64,000 bases of DNA from positions 15,822-79,821 of the forward strand of contig JANOAV010000161.1 in NCBI GenBank assembly GCA_031411295.1, written 5' to 3'. The translations under genes were made by a program, and so were the position numbers. Positions 28,097 to 37,800 of the stretch are shown one piece after another. This stretch comes from Verrucomicrobiales bacterium. GTDB taxonomy: Bacteria; Verrucomicrobiota; Verrucomicrobiia; Verrucomicrobiales; V1-33. How positions within the stretch are numbered: the stretch's first letter is position 1; each line of letters opens with the position of its first letter. The notes under the pieces were generated by a model. It was not told the DNA's origin and made no database searches. It saw only the letters and a list, made by a program, of their open reading frames with translations.

Positions 28097-29976
28097 GGAT
28101 TTGCATGCTCCCTCTCCTCCCGCCCCAGCCACACACTCACCAGCGCTAGGTCCGCAGGGGTGACCCCTTGGATGCGGCTGGCTTGGCCGATGGTTTGGGG
28201 GCGGACTTGGTGGAGGCGGGTTTGGGCTTCGAGTTTGATCCCGGGGATTTTGAAATAGTCCACTCCCTCGGGCAGCGGCCGATCTTCCATTTTCTGCATC
28301 TTCGCAACCTGATCCGACTGGCGGGTCAGATAGCCGGCGTATTTCAAATCCGTCTCCGCCAGACCCCAAAGTTCCACGTGGAACCTGGAGCGGATTTCTT
28401 CCGGCAGGGCCGTCCAGGTGTTTTCGGGTCGGCGGAACCACTTTTCTAAGCGCATGGCATCGTGGGTGGTCTGGGCGCAGAATTGGTGGAGTTCGGCCAA
28501 TTTAGCGGCTTTGTCCCGAGTGCGCTGGGCGCAGTAGTCGTCCACTAATCCAATTTCCGCAGCGGCGGCGGTGAGTCGGAGATCGCAATTATCCTGGCGC
28601 AGGAGGAGTCGGTATTCCGCCCGGCTGGTGAACATCCGGTAGGGTTCGATGACGCCCTTGGTCACGAGGTCGTCCATCATGACCCCAAGGTAAGCTTCAG
28701 AACGACGGAGGACCATCGGTGGTTTCCCTTGGATTTTCAGCGCGGCATTGGTCCCGGCAATGAGCCCCTGACCGGCGGCTTCCTCGTAGCCGGAGGTGCC
28801 ATTGATCTGTCCCGCAAAATAGAGACCGGAGACCCGCTTCGTTTCGCAGGTGGGGAAGAGTTGCGTCGGGGGACAGAAATCGTATTCCACCGCGTAGCCG
28901 GGTCGGATGATCTGGGCATTTTCCAGACCGGGGACGGTGCGGATGAACGCATACTGGACCTCATAAGGCAGGGAGGTGGAAACGCCGTTGATGTAGAATT
29001 CGTGCGAGTGCCGACCCTCTGGTTCCAGGAAAAGTTGGTGCCGATCCTTGTCCGCAAACCGCACCACCTTGTCCTCGATGGACGGACAGTAACGGGGACC
29101 GATGCCCTCGATCTTGCCGGAATACATGGGGGACTTGTCGAGATTTCCCCGGATGATGTCGTGGGTGGCAGAGTTGGTGTAAGTCACCCAGCACGGCATT
29201 TGTTCCACGTGGAACGTCGGATCCGACCACGGGTTCAGGGTGAAAATGTCGTCCTTCTCCTTGGTGATGGTGTCGGCCAAGTAGCTGAATTTCGGGGCCG
29301 GTTCGTCCCCGAACTGCTGCTCGCATTTCGTGAAATCGATGGTGGTTCCGTTCAATCGACACGGGGTGCCCGTCTTGAAGCGCTCGACTTCAAAGCCGAG
29401 ATGTTTCAGGGAATCGCTCAAGGTGGAAACCGAATCCCCCATCCTCCCACCGATCTGATTCTGCATGCCCACATGGAGCAGTCCCCGCATGAAGGTGCCG
29501 CTGGAAACGACGATGGACCGGCAACGGTATTCCAGACCGAGGTTCGTGCGCGCGCCGACGATGGCGTCGTTTTCGACCACGAGTTCCGAAATGTTGCCCT
29601 GATGGAGGTCCAGGTTTTTCGTCTGCTCCAGAATCCATTTCAGCCGAAACTGGTATGCTTTCTTGTCCGCCTGCGCCCGGGGCGAGCGCACGCTGGGCCC
29701 CTTGGTGGCGTTGAGCATCCGAAACTGGATGGCGGTGGCATCCGTGTTCAGACCCATGGCACCGCCAAGAGCGTCGATTTCCCGGACAATGTTCCCCTTT
29801 GCCAATCCCCCGATGGCCGGGTTGCAGGACATCTGGGCGATGGTGTCCAGATTCTGGGTCAGCATGGCCACGGAACAGCCGAGTCGGGCAGCAGCCAGTG
29901 CCGCCTCAATGCCGGCATGGCCGGCACCGATGACGAGGACATCGTAGGTTTTGGGGTAGATGAAATGGGATGACAT
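28093..29976 (-). CDS. mnmG: tRNA uridine-5-carboxymethylaminomethyl modification enzyme MnmG (GidA)
   Basis: [62 protein letters not shown]. Confidence 0.98.
   Translation of the reverse strand: MSSHFIYPKTYDVLVIGAGHAGIEAALAAARLGCSVAMLTQNLDTIAQMSCNPAIGGLAKGNIVREIDALGGAMGLNTDATAIQFRMLNATKGPSVRSPRAQADKKAYQFRLKWILEQTKNLDLHQGNISELVVENDAIVGARTNLGLEYRCRSIVVSSGTFMRGLLHVGMQNQIGGRMGDSVSTLSDSLKHLGFEVERFKTGTPCRLNGTTIDFTKCEQQFGDEPAPKFSYLADTITKEKDDIFTLNPWSDPTFHVEQMPCWVTYTNSATHDIIRGNLDKSPMYSGKIEGIGPRYCPSIEDKVVRFADKDRHQLFLEPEGRHSHEFYINGVSTSLPYEVQYAFIRTVPGLENAQIIRPGYAVEYDFCPPTQLFPTCETKRVSGLYFAGQINGTSGYEEAAGQGLIAGTNAALKIQGKPPMVLRRSEAYLGVMMDDLVTKGVIEPYRMFTSRAEYRLLLRQDNCDLRLTAAAAEIGLVDDYCAQRTRDKAAKLAELHQFCAQTTHDAMRLEKWFRRPENTWTALPEEIRSRFHVELWGLAETDLKYAGYLTRQSDQVAKMQKMEDRPLPEGVDYFKIPGIKLEAQTRLHQVRPQTIGQASRIQGVTPADLALVSVWLGREEREHANP
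28370..28385. promoter_or_regulatory. parS site (intragenic)
   Basis: aGTTCCACGTGGAACc, 14/16 match to TGTTCCACGTGGAACA. Confidence 0.8.
29201..29216. promoter_or_regulatory. parS site (intragenic)
   Basis: TGTTCCACGTGGAACg, 15/16 match. Confidence 0.85.
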
Positions 29977-29984
29977 AGTGGTAT

Positions 29985-30000
29985 TGTTCCACGTGGAACA
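29985..30000. promoter_or_regulatory. parS site
   Basis: Perfect palindrome TGTTCCACGTGGAACA 8 nt upstream of the mnmG start. Confidence 0.9.
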
Positions 30001-30013
30001 TTCTGGGGAAGGG

Positions 30014-30085
30014 GGACGGAAAGGACTTAGGGGACGAAAGGGACCGCGTGGTCCTTTGGGTCATTTTGGGTCCCTTTTGTCCTTT
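30014..30085. repeat. 9-bp-periodic GGAC x4 / GTCC x4 inverted element
   Basis: GGAC at 30014, 30023, 30032 and 30041, then GTCC/GTCA at 30051, 30060, 30070 and 30079. Confidence 0.6.
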
Positions 30086-30224
30086 AACCCCGAATAGATC
30101 CCTCCTCAACGGCTTTCTTGAAGCGGTAGCGGCCACACACTCTTGACGGCCTTTTCTCATTTGGCCCTAAGAAAATACCCGGAACCAGCGTTACCAAGGG
30201 GTAATATCTCCGATATCCCCGCCG

Positions 30225-30770
30225 ATGAATATCACAGGACTCAAGTTGTCACCCAAAAAAAGGAAATCCTGCCATCCCGGTGGCTGTGGAATTCTCTCTC
30301 TCGTGAGTAGCCTGCTGCTGCATTTGTTGGCGCTTTCAGCGGTGTTTGGATATCCGGAACTTAAGGCTCGAAGAGCTCGGCAATTATTGGCTGAGGTTGC
30401 CGCGATGCCACGATGCGGAGGAGGACCTGTGGCAATCAGAGCTTGGCCCACAGTTCACCGGTCAAGGCCGCTGATTGAGTCTGCGGGTAAAGCTCGTCCT
30501 AACCCCTCAAGATCCGTTCAAAATATCCTAAATCGACTGACCTCGACGTCATTTGGTTTAACCCCAATTACTCCCGCAGAGTTCGATGCTGCTGTGCCGT
30601 TCTTTATTTACCGCGATAGAGACAAGGACGCCAAGCTGAATTATTGGGAGTTTGGCCCAAACGACCCCATAATGAAGCGCAGGTTTACTGAGGCAGACAT
30701 CAACAGGGATGGGTATTTGACCCAGGAGGAATTTGTCTATGGGAGGCTAGCCGAATTTGGTTATCGCTAG
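30225..30770 (+). CDS. Membrane-anchored EF-hand protein
   Basis: SLLLHLLAL TM segment. EF-hand loops DRDKDAKLNYWEF and DINRDGYLTQEEF. Confidence 0.75.
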   Translation: MNITGLKLSPKKRKSCHPGGCGILSLVSSLLLHLLALSAVFGYPELKARRARQLLAEVAAMPRCGGGPVAIRAWPTVHRSRPLIESAGKARPNPSRSVQNILNRLTSTSFGLTPITPAEFDAAVPFFIYRDRDKDAKLNYWEFGPNDPIMKRRFTEADINRDGYLTQEEFVYGRLAEFGYR

Positions 30771-30802
30771 TCTTAGTGAAAAGAACCCGAATTCAGATAA
30801 AG

Positions 30803-31186
30803 TTACCGATTCAAAATCCCCGTGTGTGCCCGCGGCAGCAGGTCGCTCAACTGCATTTCCAACTGTGAATGCCGACACACCAGCAGCACGGGAAAATCCC
30901 CGAACTCGGCCATGACTTGGCGGCAGGCACCGCAGGGGGAGACGGGCTGGTCGGTGTCCGCTACGACGACCACTTGGGAAATCTCGTGGTGACCGGCGGC
31001 TATCATGCTGCCGATGGCGACGCGTTCGGCACAGATCGTGAGGCCGTAACTCAAGTTCTCGACGTTGCAGCCGGTAAATATTTCCCCGCTCTTCGTTAGG
31101 ATGGCGGCTCCCACGTGGAACTTTGAGTAGGGGGCGTAGGCGCGGTCTCGGACGGACCAGGCGGCGGTGATTAGTTGCTCTGTCAT
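30803..31186 (-). CDS. cdd: Cytidine deaminase
   Basis: AYAPYSKFHVGAA, GCNVEN, CAER, PCGACRQ. Confidence 0.96.
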   Translation of the reverse strand: MTEQLITAAWSVRDRAYAPYSKFHVGAAILTKSGEIFTGCNVENLSYGLTICAERVAIGSMIAAGHHEISQVVVVADTDQPVSPCGACRQVMAEFGDFPVLLVCRHSQLEMQLSDLLPRAHTGILNR

Positions 31187-31228
31187 ACAGGAGAAATAGC
31201 ACACACCGACAAAATGAGCCAATGGACT

Positions 31229-31648
31229 TTACGATGGGGTTTGCTTTCGTGCGTTCAAAAAGTGCTGCAGGAGGAGAAACACAACCAGGAACGGCAAAAG
31301 CAGGGTGCACCAATACGAGATGAATAGTCCCAGGCTTGGCCACCTCCCAACATTGCCGCATATGATGCTCTCCATCCCACCCTTAACAGGACTACCTCCG
31401 GCGTTACAGTGACACGGAAATCTCGGCGGAAACAGGTAGGGATCCTCATGCAGCAGTTGGTATTTGTCCATGGGGCTGTATCCCACCGACACCTCTGCAC
31501 CACATCGATTGCAGGCCCATGTCCCCACCATGTCGGAGGCGTCCGAGAGCATAATGCCAAGGATGATCTGTAGAACTGGCCCGAGAAAAACCAACAGGAT
31601 GATGAATTTGAGGTGTCGCATGCTGAATAACAAACGCAATACCGACAC
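31229..31648 (-). CDS. Hypothetical two-TM membrane protein
   Basis: Two hydrophobic segments flanking a Cys-rich loop (CNRC, CHC). Co-oriented between xerD and cdd. Confidence 0.5.
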   Translation of the reverse strand: MSVLRLLFSMRHLKFIILLVFLGPVLQIILGIMLSDASDMVGTWACNRCGAEVSVGYSPMDKYQLLHEDPYLFPPRFPCHCNAGGSPVKGGMESIICGNVGRWPSLGLFISYWCTLLLPFLVVFLLLQHFLNARKQTPS

Positions 31649-31654
31649 CTAAAC

Positions 31655-32539
31655 TTAGGCCCTTGGGTGAAATGATTTGTGAACTTGCTTCAGCCGACCC
31701 TGGTCCACGTGAGTGTAGATCTGGGTGGTGGCGATGTCTGCATGACCCAACATTTCCTGGATGACGCGGAGGTCCGCGCCATTGCCGAGCAGGTGAGTGG
31801 CGAAGCTGTGGCGGAGGGAATGCGGGTGGACGTCCAAGCCCAGCAGTTTCGCCCGACCGTGGACGATCTGCCAGATGCGTTGGGTGGTGAGTTGGCCGCC
31901 GCGTTCGTTGAGGAAAATGTGGCTGGTGGATTTTGGTTTCACCAAGCCGGGCCGCTCCAGGGCGAGGTAGGCTTCGATGGCGTCTTTCGATTGCTGACCT
32001 ACCGGCACGATGCGGGTTTTGTTGCCCTTGCCAGTCACGCGGATGAAGCGGTTCTCCAGGTCCAGCAATTCGAGTTTGGCGTTCGTTAGCTCTGAGACCC
32101 GCAATCCGCTGCCGTAGAGCAATTCCAGAATCGCCCGGTCGCGTCGTTCCAGGGGAGCATTTCCACCAGCGGATTCTAACAAGGTGGTGACCTCTTGGGT
32201 GGCCAGCGTGGGTGGCAGTTCTCTTCGCAGTCGAGGTGCTAGGATGCCATCGGACGGATCCTTGGGGAGAAACCGGCGGGCTACCAGAAATCTAAACCAA
32301 CGTTTCAGAGCGATGACCTCCAGTCGCAGACTGGACGCGCCCAAACCGCGCAATTTCTCGTGGCTCAGAAATTCCGTGATGTGCCGCTCTGTAACCTCCT
32401 GGACCGTGGTCGCCTTTTTATGCCGCTGCGCCCATTGCAGGAAACTCTCCAGCGACCGTTGATTGCTCAATTGGTAATTCGTGGAGAGACCAGCCTCGGT
32501 GGCGAGGTAAAGGAGGAAACGGTCGATGTCGGCTTGCAC
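31655..32539 (-). CDS. xerD: Site-specific tyrosine recombinase XerD (XerC/D family)
   Basis: RDRAILELLYGSGLRVSEL, GKGNKTRIVP, HPHSLRHSFATHLL, LGHADIATTQIYTHVD, HPRA end. No IntI-type insertion. Confidence 0.9.
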   Translation of the reverse strand: MQADIDRFLLYLATEAGLSTNYQLSNQRSLESFLQWAQRHKKATTVQEVTERHITEFLSHEKLRGLGASSLRLEVIALKRWFRFLVARRFLPKDPSDGILAPRLRRELPPTLATQEVTTLLESAGGNAPLERRDRAILELLYGSGLRVSELTNAKLELLDLENRFIRVTGKGNKTRIVPVGQQSKDAIEAYLALERPGLVKPKSTSHIFLNERGGQLTTQRIWQIVHGRAKLLGLDVHPHSLRHSFATHLLGNGADLRVIQEMLGHADIATTQIYTHVDQGRLKQVHKSFHPRA

Positions 32540-32658
32540 ATGTTGATTGTAAGCTGTATTTGATATTTAGCAACTCTGTTGGGTTGGAGCTGAGGTTTGT
32601 CTTTTGCTGCATCCCTTGGTGGCTTGACGACGGATTGCGGCCCAGCTAGATTTCCCGC

Positions 32659-33198
32659 ATGACGCCCATTTATTATGAGGGACTTCTGTTCCGCAGCTAC
32701 CAGACCGAGGACGCCCCGGCGTATCTGGCGGCGGTGCTGGAATCCGTGGCCACCGTGGCGCCATGGATGCCGTGGTGCCATCCAAATTATGCGTTGGCTG
32801 ATACCTTGCAATGGTTTGCCGACTGCCAATCCAGTCGGGCGGCGGAAACGGCGTTTGAGTTCGGGATCTTCGATGCCCAGACGAACGAGTTTCTCGGAGG
32901 GGCGGGGCTGAACCAGATTTGCTGGCAGCATTCCTTCTGCAACCTCGGCTACTGGGTCCGGCAATCACAGCAGCGGAAGGGCATCGCCAGTCGCTCGGTG
33001 CTGGCGCTGGCGGACCATGCGTTCCGGGTGGTGGGGCTCAAGCGGGTGGAAATCGTCGTCGCCCTTGGCAATGACGCCAGTGAGGGCGTGGCGCGGAAAT
33101 GTGGTGCGCTAGAGGAAGGCGTGGCGCGGAACCGCTTGGTGGTTGGGGGTATTTCGGTGGCGGCACGGATGTTTTCTTTGGTGCCGACGGAAGCTTGA
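32659..33198 (+). CDS. GNAT N-acetyltransferase, RimJ/RimL family
   Basis: NLGYWVRQSQQRKGIA, GLKRVEI, N.ASEGVARKCG. Confidence 0.9.
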   Translation: MTPIYYEGLLFRSYQTEDAPAYLAAVLESVATVAPWMPWCHPNYALADTLQWFADCQSSRAAETAFEFGIFDAQTNEFLGGAGLNQICWQHSFCNLGYWVRQSQQRKGIASRSVLALADHAFRVVGLKRVEIVVALGNDASEGVARKCGALEEGVARNRLVVGGISVAARMFSLVPTEA

Positions 33199-33210
33199 TA
33201 GAAAGATCTG

Positions 33211-33651
33211 ATGAAGAAACGAAAAACAGAGGCTCAAGAACCTGACATTTACGACGCTTGGCGACCTACGCTGGCGGAACTACTGGAGGAAATGGCATAC
33301 GATGACGAATTCTGTGAGCAGCCCGTAGATCTAAACGCCCGCTACTGCGAAGACACACGACTTCATAGGATTGCCCACCGTGGCAACGTTTGGTGTGCCC
33401 GGCTCCTGCTGGAAGCTGGCGCGGACCCGAACATTCCAGGAGATCTCAGCGTCAGTCCGCTCTACTGGGCGGTCAGATCGGGTAACCTGGGACTTGCAAA
33501 GCTCCTGCTGGATCATGGGGCACGGGTTGATGTGAGGAATGAGTTTGGTTCCAATGATTTGGGAGCATGCAGCCCAAGAGGCTTGCGTGCGAACCCAGCC
33601 ATGTTCAAGCTCCTCAAATCCTACTGGCCAAATGTTAAGCCGAGGACCTAG
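33211..33651 (+). CDS. Ankyrin repeat protein
   Basis: TRLH.IAHRG...LLLEAGADPN and SPLYWAV..G...LAKLLLDHGARVD. Confidence 0.88.
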   Translation: MKKRKTEAQEPDIYDAWRPTLAELLEEMAYDDEFCEQPVDLNARYCEDTRLHRIAHRGNVWCARLLLEAGADPNIPGDLSVSPLYWAVRSGNLGLAKLLLDHGARVDVRNEFGSNDLGACSPRGLRANPAMFKLLKSYWPNVKPRT

Positions 33652-33744
33652 GCCGTCTAGCCAAAACGCCGACACCACCAGCCAGATGAACCTGAGTCAC
33701 TCTGGGCTCCGTGTTCAAGCATGCGTCAAGCCCTCCGCATGCAT

Positions 33745-34120
33745 TGTGGATACAGCAGTCGAGCCGACTGCTGCCACACTCGTTATCGAGCTGGGATGGA
33801 ACGACTTATCCCCACCCTATATGGAAGAGTTTATTTTTGGGGGACACAATTTCTTCTTCTTATACAGTGCGAATAAGTGGGATAACTTTCTCAGCCTTGG
33901 TGGAACAAGGGTTCCACGCGCAGCAGGGTTGCGAATAAGCTTGGGGCACGACCGGGGTGGCTGGGGATAAGTCGCACCCTTGCGAACAAGTTCTGAGAAA
34001 CGAGTCAGTTATGCGAAAGTTATTGGCGTCCATTTATCGAAATCATTCTAGAAATTATGGGTTGGTTGATGTTGGGGTCACACAAATCAAATTTGATCAG
34101 TAGCACAGCTTGGGGAAAAT
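33745..34120. other. Candidate replication origin (oriC)
   Basis: Non-coding cluster of DnaA-box-like 9-mers (TGTGGATAC, TTATCCCCA, TGCGAATAA x2, TGGGGATAA, TGCGAACAA, TGGGGAAAA), a TTCTTCTTCTTATA run beside a box, and an AT-rich tract. Lies within ~4-6 kb of the parS sites and mnmG. Confidence 0.6.
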
Positions 34121-34285
34121 GCCTGGATTATCTCTTTGAAAAATGCTTCCGCTGCTCCGATTTTCCGAAATTAGTTCATTGAACTGACGAATCCGCTCCC
34201 GTTCCGCTCCTGGCAAAGTAGCACGACGGAGCAAACCTGCGCCCGGCTGGAGAAGCAACGAGGCGCCCCGTATCTGATCGAGCCC

Positions 34286-34585
34286 TTGGTGGGTCATGCG
34301 GCTTATGATTTAGCCCTCCAAGGGAAACCAGCGGCAGCGTTGGCTTGGATCAAGCGGATGGATAGCTCCGGGGGTGCCGGAAGCCTGCCCGGCATCACAG
34401 GCTTTCGCAAAGCCATTCTGGAGCGACCGGATAGCCTAAAAAACGTGGACGATGCAACCTTAGGTGAAATTGTGGCGAAATTTGGTTCCAGCTCAGCGGT
34501 CGAATCTCTGGCGAAGAAACTCGATACTGTGGATCCAGTGCAGGCAGCGAAGGTGCGCAGATTTGCAGTAAAGCCCGGTTTATGA
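34286..34585 (+). pseudogene. C-terminal remnant of a helical-repeat hypothetical protein
   Basis: P.AALAWI ... DPVQAAKVR pattern like the end of the 3365-4501 protein. No convincing start or N-terminus. Confidence 0.4.
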
Positions 34586-34604
34586 GTAACCGTTCGAGAC
34601 ACCG

Positions 34605-34767
34605 CCGTGGGTGCCGCGAACGGCGGATTTTTGCACGGAGGTGGAAACGCGCTGCTGCGCGTGTCTGAAAGGGGAAGTCCAATGACGCGCAGCAGCGCGT
34701 CACCACCGCATGGTCTGTTGATAATCAAAAACTTACAACGTGTAAAAATCCGCCCGTGGGTGCCGCG
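34605..34767. repeat. Nested inverted-repeat (REPIN/MITE-like) element
   Basis: Inner IR ACGCGCTGCTGCGCGT / ACGCGCAGCAGCGCGT with GGTGG ends (34640-34707). Outer 16-bp IR at 34622-34637 / 34739-34754. Flanking direct repeat CCGTGGGTGCCGCG. Confidence 0.65.
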
Positions 34768-34841
34768 TTACGGGTCGGGAATTACATTGACCCCAAGCCG
34801 TGGAATTGGCTATATTCAACCACTCCCCCACCCCAATCCCC

Positions 34842-37800
34842 ATGCGTGCTCTCTTTTTCCTCCTCCTGCTGCCCATCGTGGCGGCAGCTCAATCTGTTAT
34901 TATTAACGAGATCAGTGCGGTGCAGTCGGAGCGCGTGTTGCAGTGGGATGCGGCGGGGGTTTCTCGGCCAGGGTGCCTGACGCGCTGGACGGAGGTGGGG
35001 TTTGATCGCAGTCAGTGGTTGAGTGGGCCCGGGCCGATTGGGTTTGGCTATGGGGGCGAGGGCACGCTGCTGACGGGCATGAGCGGGAGTGCGGTGACGT
35101 ATTATCTGCGGCGGGAGTTTACGCCGACCCCTGCCCAACTTGCGGCCACCGAGCCATTGCAGATCGTGATCGATTATGACGATGGCTTTGTGGCCTATTT
35201 AAATGGCGTGGAAGTGGCACGGCGGAATTTGGGAGCGGCCAAGGCGTATGCCTATTGGGATGCGGTTACTTTTAATACCCATGCGGCGGGAACTCCGGAG
35301 ACGATCACGCTGGGGGGAGCGTCCAGTTTGCTCCGCAGCGGGATGAATGTGCTGGCGATTCAGATGCACAATAATGCTTATGCGGAAGGAACCCAAGCGT
35401 TGCCGAACACGGCCTCAGGTGGCGGCAGAATGAAGTGCAGTGCGGCGTTAAACCTAACTACGGCATCGCCCCAAACCCTGGTGGCTCCGGCGGACACGTG
35501 GCAGTATTTCATCGGACGCATGGAGCCATCCGCAGGGGTGTTCGACGCGGTGCCGCCGCCGTTTGCTCCCAACTGGTCGCAAGTGAATTTCGATGACAGC
35601 ACCTGGCCGACGGTGCAGGGGCCGATGGGTTTCGATGCCGCCTTAACCGGAGTCACTTCTTACATCCCACTTCTGGGCACGAACACCAACAGCATCCTGT
35701 TCGCGATGCGGAACAACAGCGTTTCGGCGTATGGCCGCCGGGCTTTTACCCTGACCCAGGCCCAATATGATAGCATCACGTCGCTGAATATGACAGTCGA
35801 TTGGGATGACGGCTACGCGCTGTTTCTTAATGGCGTGGAGTTGTCGCGCGCGAATTTGGGGGGCACGCCGGGCACGCTGATTCCTTGGTTTACTTCCGCC
35901 TCTGACCACGGGGCATCGGCGGATTTTAACCCCAACGATCCGACGCGGAAAGTGACCATTGTGGTGGATAAATCCCGCCTGCAGGTGGGGAAAAATGTGT
36001 TGGCGGGGCAACTGCACAATTCCAGTTCCGGCAGCAGCGATTTATTGTTGGATGTGCAATTCTCCGCGAATACCACCGGCGGAAATTTACCGTTGGTGCA
36101 GCGCAATGATCTCTGGACTTACTTCCGCCCGACCGCAGAAATCGGCACCGTGGCCACGGCGGCGGTGCCTGAGTTAAGTGATTGGATCGAGCTGCGGAAC
36201 ACCACGGCAGCGCCCGTGGATCTGAGTGGTTGGTCGCTCACGGATGATGCGGCGGTGCCGGTGAAATGGACATTTCCCCCTGGGAAAATCATTCCAGCCA
36301 ACGGCTATCTGGTCGTGCTGGCAAGTGGTCGGAATATCACGACCCCAGTGAGCGGTGGCTATTTGCACACGAATTTTTCCTTGGGGGCGAGTGGAGAATA
36401 CTTGGCGCTGCGGAACCAGGCGGGGGTCATTTCCAGTGTCTTGACGAACGTGCCGGATCAGGATTATTTCCACACGTGGGGGGTCGATCCTAACAGCGGC
36501 GGTTATCGCTTCCTGGCGCTGGGCACGCCGGGCGTGGCCAATGTTGGTGGAGCAGAAACGGATCGGGTGCAGAAGGTGGATATGGATCATGAGACCGGAT
36601 ACCATGCGGCTGGACTGCAAGTCGGTCTGACGTGTCCCACGGTTGGGGCCACGATTCGCTACACCACGAATGGCACGGAGCCGACAGAAACGAACGGCAC
36701 GCTCTACACCGCACCGTTCGATCCGACCGTGAAGGTCACGGTTGGTCCTGGGGCAGGAAACATTTTGCGCGAAGTCTGGCAGTTTACCAACAACGCCTAC
36801 CTCGCGCCACCCAACCTGCCTGTCAGCACGACGCCCACCGTGATGAATCTGCTGACGAGTTTCGAAACCCCAACTTCCTGGGGTGATTACTATGGCACGC
36901 GGGTTCGGGGATTTCTGCATCCGCCGACAACAGGTAGCTACATTTTCCGCCTGGCGACGGATGATGATGGCGAACTTTGGCTGGGCACCAGCGCAGATCC
37001 GAACTCGAAGGTAAAAATCGCGTCGGTGGTTGGCTGGACCTCCGTCCGGGAGTGGGGGAAATTTCCCGCCCAGACTTCGGTGCCGATTAGCTTGGTGGCC
37101 GGTCAGCGTTATTATATAGAGATGCGTTTCAGCGAAGGCGGCGGCGGAGACAATGGCGCGGTCGGTTGGACGGGACCCGGGATTTCTGCGATCACAGTGA
37201 TCGAGGGGCGGTATCTTTCGCCTCCGGATGTGATTCCGCCCGGCGTGACGGGCTTGCCTGGGGGAGCGGTCGTGCGCGCCCGGGCGTTTCTGCCGGGATT
37301 GTTGCCCAGTGAGATCCGTTCGCGATCTTTCGTGACGGGCGCAGATTCTCGCGTGCAGAATTTCCCGGCCATCTTCCTGTCGGGAGATCCGGGCAGGACA
37401 TTTTATTTGCCCAACGGCATCTTTTCCATCAGCGGTGGGGCTTGGAATGGAGGGGGCGATTGGGCTGCTACGAATACCGGGACGGATTACGATTTCTGCC
37501 TCATGCATGGTCAGGCGTGGGAGCGGCCCGCGCAATTCGAGTTCGTGAGCCCGGGAAATGTCGTCGATGTGCGGACGACATTAGGGGTGCGGTTCAGCGG
37601 CAGTGTCTGGAGTCGGACGAAATATACCAATCAAGGTTTGGAGAATGGAACATGGAATGCCGGCTGGACGAACAAGCCGCAAATGGCGATTCGCTTCCGA
37701 GGCGAGTTGGGCGACAGCACGCTGCACAAGGAAAAATTCATCCCCACCTCAAAGCTGAATGACTGGGAAACGCTGAAGATTCGGGCTGGGAAGAATGATC

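Noticed and set aside
31107..31122. Fourth parS site inside cdd
   Set aside because: Only 12/16 match, and it coincides with the conserved F.VGAA peptide of cytidine deaminase.
31655..32539. Integron integrase or phage integrase serving the cassette
   Set aside because: Length and motifs match chromosomal XerD. It lacks the IntI-specific insertion and no att site is adjacent.
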